Counted from the whole stretch's first letter, positions 26,571 through 39,698 are shown. The stretch: 63,805 nt of DNA, filler included, from Octopus bimaculoides (GCF_001194135.2; 9 parts of 9 records of this genome joined end to end with filler, not necessarily neighbours in it), one strand, 5' to 3'. Notes: generated from the letters alone by a model not told the origin. Program-made: numbers and translations.

Positions 26571-28300
26571 ATCCATGTTCTGTGCTGACATAGGTTTGAT
26601 GGTTTGTCAGAATTTGATAGGGCCAAGGACTGCATCAAGCTCCAATGGCTGTTTTAGCATGGTTGTCCATGCCTGGATACCCTTTCTAACACCAACCCTT
26701 TTGCTATGTGGACTGGGTGCTTTTTCTGTGCCACTTGCACTATTGAAATTGCCATGCAGTTCGCAGGACTATGAAGCCAGGGAGGTGGGAGAGTTCAGCT
26801 CCACGCTCTTCGATGAGGGAATTACTGTGAGAGGAGGGTAAGGGGGAAGAAGAGCAGGTTCCTATAAAGGGATTTGTCATTGTTTTACTGTCTACTTTTG
26901 TATGCTTGCATGGAACAGACAGAATTTATTGAGGTAGACTTTCTACAGGTGGATGCCCTTCCTGTCACCAACTCTCGACTGTTTTCAGATGCAGAAACAC
27001 TTCCTTCCATGTGGCCTGACATGTTTTCATGAAAGATCAGAAATGAATGACAACACTGCTTGTATGACATTGGCATCTTCTAAAAAGCCTTAGACACAAT
27101 GACATCTTGGAAACCCCGAAAGGATGATGAAGCTGGTGGAAAGACACAGTAAGATAAGACACTGGATGGCTTTTACAGAAAGACTGAGACTTGATAACTC
27201 ACTCACTAAGTTGTGTGCGGTGGGACAGGAGAGGGTGATGGCTTGTGATCAGTGAAGCCTGTAGGCATGGCACACATAAGGAGGAAAAGCCTGGGAATAC
27301 AGAGGGACAAGGAAATGGTGATGGGAAACTGTTCAACATAATCCAGGAGACCTACATTTCACAGATCAGTAACATCAACAAAATGTGTGTCAAGAGTAAA
27401 AATCTAAAATAGACTACCCCTTACATCCATCCATTGTCTGGTTAACATAGAAAAAAAATGATGTATTAAAAAAAAAAATGATGTTTCCCTCTGTTTAATC
27501 TGATTGATGTCCTCGTGACAAAATAAGGACAGTTCTCTTCGTAGTTTTTTCTCACAGCCTAGTTTCCCTGATGGGTGAGAATACTTACGGTTGAAAAGAC
27601 TGTGAAGAATTTCAGAAAGAGCTACTCAACCACCTCCCCACTAGGTTATTAGGGACATATGTAGCAAAGATGTGTTTTTTTCCTTAATTTATGAAAAAAG
27701 AATAATGAGCCAAACAAAGACAAAAAATAAATTCGCATTAGACGTCCTAGTTAGGTGAGAAATATGATAGCTTTATTCCAAATTAAATTGTTTTCAAATC
27801 AAAGAATATTGGGAGTGTGTACAAATGTATTTGCTACATATATGGCTATTCATTGTCATAAGGCTTTATAAAATACTAGCCAGATCAAGAAATGAAATGG
27901 TTGTGAGACATCAATACGTCACTGGACTTAAGTGACCAAAGCTTGTACAGCACTGTTACCCCTCTCTCAGTTGCCGTAGTAGGCTCCAGTGACAAGCATT
28001 GCAAGACGACTGGTTCTATCTTGTCAGCAAGTTTTCTGTCAGAGTTTCTTTCTCTTAGAAGAATTGCCTTCCCTTTGGCTCTGTCAAAAGATAACGGGAG
28101 CTTCCTCTACCTCTGGGAAATGTTGTTAACCCATAGATGAGACCCTGACAGACACTACTGTTTCGGGTCGAAACAGACCTGGGGGTAATGGTAATTAAAG
28201 GATGACTCCATGCTCCTCTCATCTCCAGAATTAGAGTCTCACCACCAGATGCAGCTTAATTTCATACCCCTATGTATGTATACACACGTATGTGTGTGTG

Positions 28301-28345
<45 letters not shown>

Positions 28346-28447
28346 AATAATAAATGAGTATATGCATATATACGTACAGGTATGTGCATACCTACGTCTA
28401 CCTGTATATATAGGTGTGCATATCTGGGTACAGGACGTTGCAAACAA

Positions 28448-28547
28448 NNNNNNNNNNNNNNNNNNNNNNNNNNNNNNNNNNNNNNNNNNNNTTAATTAAT
28501 TAANNNNNNNNNNNNNNNNNNNNNNNNNNNNNNNNNNNNNNNNNNNN
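28448..28547. other. Artificial 100-bp scaffold-join spacer
   Basis: 44 N + TTAATTAATTAA + 44 N. Confidence 0.97.
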
Positions 28548-28596
<49 letters not shown>

Positions 28597-28610
28597 CTCG
28601 TTGAGCGCCA

Positions 28611-28649
<39 letters not shown>

Positions 28650-29334
28650 CGGCGCAGATATAGTATATATTATATACATATTATATAAAAAAATATATAT
28701 ATATATTATATACGCATATATTTAGATGTGCATGTATATGTATATGTAAAGTATGTTAACGCAATGGCAGTATAAATGCATTTTAATTAAGCAAAAGCAT
28801 AGAAAGTCTACTCAATATAAAATCCAAAGAAACCGTCTTCGGTGATACAACATCGCTAATTACGCACTCTGTTCACATCGTAGTTGTCAGTATATATTCA
28901 AGTGCAACGTATTCTAATGCCAAAAACAAAAAGATGTTAAGAAATATAATATAAATCATATATAATACAATGCGAACTCGCCCACGATTATCTTAGGCAG
29001 CCATTTGCTTGAATTCGTATTTCAAAAGCACCAATAATGAATCTAAAATCTCACAAAATTGATGTGTTCGGTGCAGCATGCCAAATTCAGGCTTTTCCAT
29101 CTTGTAATTGCACGAAGGAATATTTAAACAGAGAAAAGAAGAAAAAAACCGGGAAAGAAAAAGAAAAGGTATCGTGTTTTACTTCGACGTTACAATTTCT
29201 TATCTTGCTATTTAATATAAACTTGTTAAGATAACACCCTTTGTTACTAGAAGCAATATTGTTTATGAAACAACGACAAGCTATTTTTACACACGGCATG
29301 CATGTATACAAACATAAACACACACACACATGCA

Positions 29335-29370
<36 letters not shown>

Positions 29371-29441
29371 TATATAAAATTAACAGAATGAGATAAAAAT
29401 CCAAGGCTGTGAAAGATTTCAGAACATTTATAAAGAGAAGT

Positions 29442-29487
29442 TCTTACAGCTGTTTCCAGGACATTTTATATATCCCTTCATCGGAGA
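29442..29487 (-). ncRNA. Degenerate minimal hammerhead motif
   Basis: Minus strand TCT-CCGATGA-A-GGGATA-TATAAAA-TGTCCT-G-GAAA-CAGCTG-TA-AGA. Core U4 is changed to C; stem III loop AGCT is palindromic; stem I TCT/AGA. Confidence 0.55.
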
Positions 29488-29651
29488 CGGTTCAAGAGAA
29501 TGGTTAAGCAATAGTTATTCTAGAGAAGATATGAAATAGAGAGTGAAGTAGAGGAATGAAAACAGACGTGAGATATGCAGGGATATTGTATCTGCAGATC
29601 AATTATTTAAGCAGAATTGTACACACACAAACACACACACACACACACACA

Positions 29652-29751
29652 NNNNNNNNNNNNNNNNNNNNNNNNNNNNNNNNNNNNNNNNNNNNTTAAT
29701 TAATTAANNNNNNNNNNNNNNNNNNNNNNNNNNNNNNNNNNNNNNNNNNNN
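29652..29751. other. Artificial 100-bp scaffold-join spacer
   Basis: 44 N + TTAATTAATTAA + 44 N. Confidence 0.97.
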
Positions 29752-29985
29752 TATATAATATGAATATATATATGTATGTATATATATAAAGGAATATATA
29801 AATGAATATATATATATATATATATATATAATATGAATATATATATATATGTATATATAATATGAATATATATATATATGTATATATAATATGAATATAT
29901 ATATATATGTATATATAATATGAATATATATATGTATATATATATAATATGAATATATATATATATATATGAATATATATATAAA
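29752..29985. repeat. AT-rich minisatellite built on ATAATATGAATATATA..
   Basis: TAATATGAATATATAT recurs with variable (TA)n length. Confidence 0.8.
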
Positions 29986-30159
29986 ATAATAATATATGTA
30001 TATGCGTATATATATATAAAAATGATGGCTTTGCTGGCCGAAACTTGGAAGTCACTGTCTATTCTTGTTAAAAAAATGATAATGTGTACTTTACCAAATG
30101 TGTGAGTAACCTTTCAATTTAATGTAAACTTCTTTTTATGATAACATAAAAACAAACAT

Positions 30160-30202
<43 letters not shown>

Positions 30203-31701
30203 ATGTGTGTGTGTTCGCAAATATATATGCGCTCGCGCACACGCACACACGAAATTTAAGGTATCACAATTTTTAATAAACACAGTTGTAGCCTCAGCCG
30301 TCACGTAAACAAACGGTCTACACCGCAGCTTTTATCTGTGCCTGGACATAAATATATCTGTGTACTTGTGTGTGTGTGTGTATATATAAATATATATATG
30401 TGTATGTGTGTGTGTGTGTGTGTGTGTATGTGTGCACGCGGGTGTGTAAGTGTATAAATAAATGTACGTGTGTATCTGCGTACCAAATTTCACAGACAAG
30501 AATTTTGGTGAGCACATAACCACGCTAAACAAAACCTGTGCTTAGTTTCACGACCCTCCAAACTCAGCCATGCCCATCACCGCTGATAACAATGAATATA
30601 AAAGACCATCAAACAATTGTTTATGCTTCAATAAGCCTGGAAGGCCAACATGAACGTTGACAGTTACATAATCATTTCATACCCAGTTGGACCACAAATA
30701 TCAATCATTTCTCCGATTTCTCTGTCATCTTGTTCCGAATTTAAAAAAAGTGGGAGTGTCAAAGTGTAATTTTGATTTAACACACCTAATTAATTAGTTA
30801 TTAAATATAGTGAGTTGATGAAAGCAAAATATGCGGAGTATGGCTCACACAGAGTAATACTGAAATTGGATGGGAATTTTAACTCCAACCTCTTCATCGA
30901 GGGTCGACGCCTTTGCATAGAAAGTTAACTTTAAGATCACACACACACACATACATACATAGAATATGCACCAGGCTTTAAAAGAAATAATGAGGTTGAT
31001 TCAATCGACCAAAAAATTCTTCAAGGCAGTGCCCCAGCATGGCCGCACTCTACTGAGACTGAAACAAGTAAAAGACAGACAGACAGATAGCTATTATAGC
31101 ATATATATAATACAATGTGTATACAATATATATGATGCATGTAATGTCTATATATATATGTCTGTATAATGGAAATGGTTTTCCATCGATGTCAGCGAGG
31201 TGTATGTCGGTGCCAGCTCGTTGAGTTTTTATGTAAACGGCTGAGTATTTCACAGTAACATCTTTATCTCATCCTTTAGCAGAATCATCATGACACATTC
31301 TGTGACAAGGCTGATCGGTGGAATCTAAAGTTCGATCCCTCCACACACTTTCCGTCTGGCAATAGATCACCTTCCACTGTGGGAGACACATACTTACATG
31401 TCTTGTTTCACCGCCCCTTACAACACACACACACACATGGAGGCGCATGACACCTGATGGTTAGGGTATTGCAGTCACGATCGAAAGGTCGTGGGTTCGA
31501 TTCCCGAATTGGCCAGTGCGTTGTGGTCTTGAGCAAAACACTTCATTTCACCTTTGCTCCAGTCCACTCGGCTGTAAATGAGTGGACGTGGTCTCTGGAT
31601 CGGCTAGATATAGCAGTCTAATTCTCTCGAGTTACATCTTACCGTCTGTGAATAAGGACGGATTGGATAGTTTAGGCTCGGATTTTTTTTATATACATAC
31701 A

Positions 31702-31751
<50 letters not shown>

Positions 31752-32305
31752 NNNNNNNNNNNNNNNNNNNNNNNNNNNNNNNNNNNNNNNNNNNNNNNNN
31801 NNNNNNNNNNNNNNNNNNNNNNNNNNNNNNNNNNNNNNNNNNNNNNNNNNNNNNNNNNNNNNNNNNNNNNNNNNNNNNNNNNNNNNNNNNNNNNNNNNNN
31901 NNNNNNNNNNNNNNNNNNNNNNNNNNNNNNNNNNNNNNNNNNNNNNNNNNNNNNNNNNNNNNNNNNNNNNNNNNNNNNNNNNNNNNNNNNNNNNNNNNNN
32001 NNNNNNNNNNNNNNNNNNNNNNNNNNNNNNNNNNNNNNNNNNNNNNNNNNNNNNNNNNNNNNNNNNNNNNNNNNNNNNNNNNNNNNNNNNNNNNNNNNNN
32101 NNNNNNNNNNNNNNNNNNNNNNNNNNNNNNNNNNNNNNNNNNNNNNNNNNNNNNNNNNNNNNNNNNNNNNNNNNNNNNNNNNNNNNNNNNNNNNNNNNNN
32201 NNNNNNNNNNNNNNNNNNNNNNNNNNNNNAGGCGGTGCTCCAGCATGGCCACAGTCAAAAGACTGAAACAAGTAAAAGAGTAAAAGAGTATATATATATA
32301 TATAT

Positions 32306-32486
32306 CGTGAAGTATATTTGCCACTTAAATGTGGCCAAACCTTAAGAGTGGATGCTACTGTAGCTTGTAGCCCCAGGGAGACTCCTCCTCCAGCTGGCTA
32401 CTGACAGCTATCTCTCTGGGGTTACAAGCTACAGTAGCATCCATCCTTAAGGGTTAGCCACATTTAAATGGCAAATATACTTCACG
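32306..32486. mobile_element. Foldback MITE with 71-bp terminal inverted repeats
   Basis: 32306-32376 and 32416-32486 are reverse complements with about 6 mismatches; 39-nt loop. Confidence 0.85.
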
Positions 32487-33454
32487 ATTTACATTATTTA
32501 CATTATCTACATTTGTAAATAATTCCTCATCTCTTAAATACAGAACTGTATACTTCACGATGTTGTACAGCTACTGTTTACACCTCGCTCAGAGAATTTT
32601 ATATACATATATATATATATAAGTCAGTAAATAGTAGACGTGATGGTCATGTGGTCATGGCTAGAATATTTCTGATCAAAGAACGGTGCGATCAGAAATA
32701 ACCTGGGGTTAAACAACAACTGGTTCTTCCACTTTTGCTACTAAATTTAAATTAAATTTCAAGGAATCGTTCAACTGTTCTTCGCACACGTATATTCTGC
32801 AAAGTTTGTTTATGTAGATCCACACGTGTATGTTTGCGTATGGCTCAATATGTGTGTATGATGCATTCTATATATATATATGTGTGTGTGTGTGTGTTTA
32901 TTTATTCATATGCATGTGTACACAATCTATTATTATTGTCATTGTTGTGGTTTTGTTTCCCTCCATTTCAATTTGTTTCGGTCTTTTTAATTCAGCTGAA
33001 TTGAATTTAATTTACGAAGTCTTGTGATAGAAGCTACATTTACGGTTGGTTTTGGGGCTTTTCAGTAGTGGCCATGTATGCGCGCGCGCGCGTGTAGGTG
33101 CAGTGTGGTCAATAAATCGCTTTTCCAGCTCGAGGTCCCAGGTTCGATCCCACTTTGTTCCATTTTGGGCAAATATCATTTTCCATAGTCCCGAGTCGGT
33201 TCATTTCTTGTGAGTGAAATGGGGTTGCGAGAAACTGTACGGAAGCTCGTCCGGTCGACTGCAACAGTAATTTAACGCTATAACTTGTAGCACTGTGTCA
33301 CGCTTCGTCCGTTAAGTGTATCTGTGTCTGCGGAGTACTCAGCCGCCTCGCATATTTAACTCAATAAGTTTTTGGTCAGCAGTTGTGACCAAAAACCCCA
33401 TGGATATGACATCCTGGGCCATTAGCTTGAAGAATTTATTCCAATATATCGCAT

Positions 33455-33577
33455 CAGCACTTATTTGAAGTCCTTATTTTATCGATCCTTTTTATCAAAC
33501 CACTTGCGTACAGCAACGCAAACAAACCAACATCGGTCGTCAAGCGTTGTGGGGACGCACGCGCACACACACACACG

Positions 33578-33610
<33 letters not shown>

Positions 33611-34158
33611 NNNNNNNNNNNNNNNNNNNNNNNNNNNNNNNNNNNNNNNNNNNNNNNNNNNNNNNNNNNNNNNNNNNNNNNNNNNNNNNNNNNNNNNNNN
33701 NNNNNNNNNNNNNNNNNNNNNNNNNNNNNNNNNNNNNNNNNNNNNNNNNNNNNNNNNNNNNNNNNNNNNNNNNNNNNNNNNNNNNNNNNNNNNNNNNNNN
33801 NNNNNNNNNNNNNNNNNNNNNNNNNNNNNNNNNNNNNNNNNNNNNNNNNNNNNNNNNNNNNNNNNNNNNNNNNNNNNNNNNNNNNNNNNNNNNNNNNNNN
33901 NNNNNNNNNNNNNNNNNNNNNNNNNNNNNNNNNNNNNNNNNNNNNNNNNNNNNNNNNNNNNNNNNNNNNNNNNNNNNNNNNNNNNNNATATATATATATA
34001 TATACACGACGGGGTTTTTTCAGTTTCCATCTACCAACTCCACTCACAAGGCTTTGGTCGGCCCGAAGCTATAGAAGACACTTGCCCAAGGTGCCACGCA
34101 GTGGGACTGAACCCGGAACCATGTGGTTGGTAAGCAAGCTACTTATCACATAGCCACT
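33455..34158 (-). mobile_element. SINE family A spanning a microsatellite/N gap
   Basis: Tail at 33455-33560, (CA)n + gap + (TA)n, head at 34007-34158. Confidence 0.8.
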
Positions 34159-35113
34159 CAGTTTTTTTTTTTATTGGTACTTATTCTATCGAACACTTTT
34201 GTCTAACCGCTAAGTTACGTTGTCAAGTGGTGGTGGGGTACAAACGCGCTCATACACACACACACTCACTCACTCAGGTTTCTTTCAGTTTCCGTCTACA
34301 AAATTCACTCACAAAGCTTTGATCGGTCCGTGGCTACAACGGAAAGCACTTGTTTAAGGTGTCGCGTAATTAGATTGAACCCAGAACCACATGGTTCGAG
34401 AAGCGAACTTCTCAACCACAACTCATACTTGCGTCCACAGTTGTTTTTACTTTTTTGTCCTTCTGTTCTGATATTCTCTCTGCGCTATTTGCCAGTCATC
34501 GACTCTTTCTATTTTTCTGTCCGGTTCATAAAAAGCTTTTGTCTCTGCTCCAGAAAATCTCCATCTTTTAATTAAGGAAAGACAAAACTTCATTTAATGG
34601 GGGTTTGGAAGTGGTTTACGCGGTCTTCAATCTTTCCCCCTTTTTTATATAGTTTGAAGTCCGTTTCGAACTTTTCACTGTATTTCACAGAGGCGAGGAC
34701 CGGATCGGAATGAATGTCCGAATTAAATAAGTTGTCTTTAGGTGTATTGGTGGGTGGAGGATGGATGGCTTTGTCCAGCGAACAATACTTTCTCTCTCAT
34801 TCTTCGTGCGACGTTTTTATCTGTGTTACGTTTTGTGACCTCTTTACAAGGAGTGTGCTATGGAATGTCTTCCCATTTTCTTTACATTTTTTTTTTTTTT
34901 TTGTGTATTCAAATTGCAGTGGTTTTGTACATTTTACCTTCCTAGGTGCAGGCACGGTTGTGTGGTTAAGATACTCGCTTTGTTCAGCCTCACTGCACAA
35001 CACCTTTTACTAAAGCCCATTAATTCGACTGAAATCTTTCGAGGCAGTGCTCCTGCATTGGTCGCAGTCTAGTGACTGAAGTAAAAGATAAAAGATATTC
35101 TATTTAATACACG

Positions 35114-35585
35114 TGTAGGCATGGCTGTGTGGTTAAGAAGTNNNNNNNNNNNNNNNNNNNNNNNNNNNNNNNNNNNNNNNNNNNNNNNNNNNNNNNNNNN
35201 NNNNNNNNNNNNNNNNNNNNNNNNNNNNNNNNNNNNNNNNNNNNNNNNNNNNNNNNNNNNNNNNNNNNNNNNNNNNNNNNNNNNNNNNNNNNNNNNNNNN
35301 NNNNNNNNNNNNNNNNNNNNNNNNNNNNNNNNNNNNNNNNNNNNNNNNNNNNNNNNNNNNNNNNNNNNNNNNNNNNNNNNNNNNNNNNNNNNNNNNNNNN
35401 NNNNNNNNNNNNNNNNNNNNNNNNNNNNNNNNNNNNNNNNNNNNNNNNNNNNATCAATAGAATAAGCACCAATCTTGAAAAAACGAATATTGGGGTCAAT
35501 TTGTTCGACTAAAAGTTCTTCAAGGTGGTGCCCCAGCCTGGCCACAGTCTAATGACTAAAACAAGTAGAAGATAAAAGAAAAAAG
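35114..35585 (+). mobile_element. SINE family A spanning an N gap
   Basis: Head start GTAGGCATGGCTGTGTGGTTAAGAAG before the gap; tail GGGGTCAATTTGTTCGACT..CCAGCCTGGCCACAG after it. Confidence 0.75.
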
Positions 35586-36399
35586 ATTAGCGAGTGGAAA
35601 AGTACTTAACCTCCATTGCAGAGTATAATCGTTTAATACATCCGGCTGATGTCGCGCACGTTTCTCGTTTCACGCCAAAAGGTAGCAGAGAGGAATTTTC
35701 CTTTAAAGGGACAAAGATTTGTTCCGTAAGTGACCCCCACCCCTATATACACTATCTCCTACAACGAGGAACTACTCCCCCACCCACCGAAATCATATGC
35801 AGAAGTCATGTGGCTTGGGATAAACAATGAATGGAAAGATTGTGACCTATCTTGGACATTGCAGAAATTTCCAAAATAAAAGAGTTTATGTCGCCTGATG
35901 AAAAGAGTATAACATGAACTCTGAGCAGCGATGTAGATGGCCATGTACATTAAATGATTGTACTCTTAAACATGTATTGAGTACATTCTGTCTCGTTCAG
36001 GAAACAAAAAAGTACGCGTGTACATATATGTGTGTATGTGTGTGTGTGTGTGTACCACAGGTGTCTATCTCGTCGTATAAAAATGAAGTTAACTCCGGTG
36101 AGGCTTTCATCTCACAACAATCCACATGGCCGCCACCATTGTTGTCATCGTGTTCTTTATCGCTTTCCGTCTTTTACTTCTGTTTCTTCATCAGTCCCCC
36201 ACCACCCCTCCTTACCACCTACACCTCCAAATCCCTCACCACCCTCTTCCAAAATCACAACACTTCCCTATCCTACCCGACCCCCGTCTTCACGCAGTCG
36301 GGGGTTTCCGCTATTAAACTAACAGAATTTTTTTTATATACTTCAAATCACTTCTTTCTTTTCCCGTGTCTTTTCATTTATTCCTCCTCTACGTCCATC

Positions 36400-36510
36400 A
36401 TAATCGTCATCATTGTCATCATCATCATTGTCATCATCATCATTGTCATCATCATCATTGTCATCATCATCATTGTCATCATCATCATTGTCATCATCAT
36501 CATTGTCATC
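36400..36510. repeat. 15-bp higher-order repeat (CATTGTCATCATCAT)n
   Basis: About 7 near-perfect units. Confidence 0.85.
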
Positions 36511-37035
36511 ATCTCCTCTCACTATCCCCCTTCTCAATCACCTGTCTTACCTTCCCTTTGTCGCCATCACTGAAATCAAGTAGACGTGACCGTGGCAGCC
36601 CCCACATGTCCTGTCGGTTTGCTAGAAATACCAGTCGATCTCCCTCAAATAACACTACGCTGTCTTAAAAACAGGATTCTTTGGCTCATTTATTAACTCT
36701 TGATTCTTTAATCAATGTGTCTTCTAGAATGGCAATACAGGACGAACGAAAGTCTATGTAAGTGGTGTAAGGTTTAAATGTTAAACTGAGATGACGAAGA
36801 CTAGACAGGATTCGAACTCAGAACGCACAGACAGCCCAAGTGATTGATGTAAGGTGTGTGTGTGTGTGTGTATATATATATATGTATATTTCTTACGTCT
36901 TTCCCTATATATATATATAAATGCATATATTTATTATATGCATACATATATAAAATATATATATACACATACATGTGACGTTATATATAATCTAGGCATA
37001 TACATGTATGAGTGTGTGTGTGGTTTTATATATAT

Positions 37036-37068
<33 letters not shown>

Positions 37069-37297
37069 NNNNNNNNNNNNNNNNNNNNNNNNNNNNNNNN
37101 NNNNNNNNNNNNNNNNNNNNNNNNNNNNNNNNNNNNNNNNNNNNNNNNNNNNNNNNNNNNNNNNNNNNNNNNNNNNNNNNNNNNNNNNNNNNNNNNNNNN
37201 NNNNNNNNNNNNNNNNNNNNNNNNNNNNNNNNNNNNNNNNNNNNNNNNNNNNNNNNNNNNNNNNNNNNNNNNNNNNNNNNNNNNNNNNTATATATAT

Positions 37298-37339
<42 letters not shown>

Positions 37340-37679
37340 TCCGAAATCGTGTAAAAGTGTATAGAATAATATATCAGTTGAATAAAGTTACAACCAATGA
37401 AAATAAGACCATGTTGTAACTTTATTCAACTGATGTGTGTGTGTGTGTTTTTATGTGTGCATATATTGTAAACAAACTTATAAGCCTGCGTGTGTCGGTA
37501 TTCTACAGAAAATAGAGGAATTCCCGAACGTAGGAGTCTGTGAAGGCAGTTTAGAATATTGGGTGTATACAAGTGGCCAGCAAGGCTCCATGAGGAATCG
37601 AACCATTCACCTCGAGGCTTACTAACCATCTACCGACCTCTTCTTAAGGACATTTACCTGATTTTCTAAGCAAATTCTT

Positions 37680-37808
37680 ATATTTTCTTCTACCATATCT
37701 ACTCACAAGTTTTTGATCGGCTTGGGGCTGACGTAGAAGACACTTATCCAAGGTGCCATGCTGTGGGATTGAACCTGGAACAATGTAGTCGGGACGCAAC
37801 TTCTTGCT
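37680..37808 (-). mobile_element. SINE family A 5' half, diverged
   Basis: Alignable by eye to the 4439 copy. Confidence 0.65.
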
Positions 37809-38434
37809 ACACATACATACATACATACGCGCATACAGATATATGCATACACACAGATATACACAAACACATATATATATATATACACGTTTACAAAGAC
37901 ACAAACATACAGACACCCCACACATGCATACACACACATATATAGACACATACACAGAAATACGCTCATACATATCCACACATATACGTATGCACACAGA
38001 AACATTCCTGTATGTACACATACGAACACACATACGCCCACACACGCACCTATGAACTCGCGCTTGCAATGTCTTGCCCCATTGAACAGGTGATTCTCAG
38101 GTAATGAGTCGGACCCCTACCAGTAGATGGTTTTTAGGGTCCACATAACGTACTCTTCCTTGGTCCCCATCGCCGACTGTCTTGAAAAGAAATTGCGGAA
38201 CGGACGGATGGGAGGAGGGGGATGATGGAGGAGGTAGGAGGGTGGTGATGGTGGGCGAGAAGACATGAGATGAGCGGACGACAGAGGAAGTGAGAAATTA
38301 GTTGTGAGGTTTGAGCGAGAAGGGAGTGACTCAATAAACAAACAAACAAATAAATAAATAAATGGAAGTAGCGGTGGTGGTTGGTGGTGGTGGTGGTGGT
38401 GATAAAAATTGAAAGAGAGGCGGCGCCCAGATTG

Positions 38435-38474
<40 letters not shown>

Positions 38475-38813
38475 CTACACATACAGACACTAGGGTGCGC
38501 TGAAAACTTGGGTTAATTTTTTTTTCCTTTCAACGAAATGAGTTCGTGTCTCGGCAACGATTCTGGATTACTAGTTACATTCCAACTACCATCTCGCGAG
38601 CCATTTATTACGCACGCACACACACACACACACACACACANNNNNNNNNNCACACACACACACACACACACAGACCTACACATACAGACACTAGGGTGCG
38701 CTGAAAACTTGGGTTAATTTTTTTTTCCTTTCAACGAAATGAGTTCGTGTCTCGGCAACGATTCTGGATTACTAGTTACATTCCAACTACCATCTCGCGA
38801 GCCATTTATTACG

Positions 38814-38863
<50 letters not shown>

Positions 38864-38865
38864 CA

Positions 38866-39030
38866 CGACGGGTTCCTTTCAGTTTCCGTCTACCAAATCT
38901 ATTCATAAGGCCTTAGCCGGTCCGAGGTTATAATAGAAGATTCTTGCCCGAGGTTATAATAGAAGATTCTTGCCCAAGAGTTCCGCTTTGCAAACCACCT
39001 GTGTTTGGGTTCAATCCTATTGTGTGGTAA
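38866..39030 (-). mobile_element. SINE family A with internal 26-bp tandem duplication
   Basis: CCGAGGTTATAATAGAAGATTCTTGC x2 at 38922-38973. Confidence 0.7.
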
Positions 39031-39698
39031 GAGTCTTATATAGAACTGGGTTGACTAATTGCTTAGGGATTAGAGATGAGGGATAGAAATTACTGACGTC
39101 TGTTGTGCATACATACTATATATACGTGTGTGTGTATGTGTATATGTATATATGTATGTGTGTATATGTAAGTATATGTATGTATAAATGTGTATGTTTG
39201 TGTGTGTGTTATGTTCGTGCCTTTGTGTCTGTCTATTAGTACTTGACAACTGGTGTTGCTTTGTTTACGTCCATGTGATATAGTAGTTCGGCAGAATATG
39301 TATGAGACTTTAAAATATGTACAGGGATCCACTTATTTGAGTAAATTCTTGAAGGCAGTGCCCCAGTATGGCCTTAGTCTTATAATTGAAACAAGAAAAA
39401 TAAACCAAACAATGAAATGTTTGGGGGAATTGCGCAGAATCTAGAATGTCGTATACAAGAGGACAACATATTTAAATGAGCTGCCGACGTCACAGTCGAT
39501 GTTTGACATCGTTGCTAGAAAAGAGGTCCAAAAGCGAAAATGGAGGAAGATACAAAATGGAGAAAAAGAGTGAAGATGTTGCTTTTGTGTACGACAGAAC
39601 ACATCTATCTATTTAACAGCCATCACTGAGTGTGTTATGACGATGTAAATAATTCATCTATTCACTGTCCTAATTAGCAATGAGTACCCCCCTCTAAC

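Noticed and set aside
28130-28190. GATGA-GACCC..GGGTC-GAAAC hammerhead look-alike
   Set aside because: The core lacks CTGA (reads ATAGATGA) and no stem III/NUH site forms; it sits within what appears to be an ordinary dispersed repeat.
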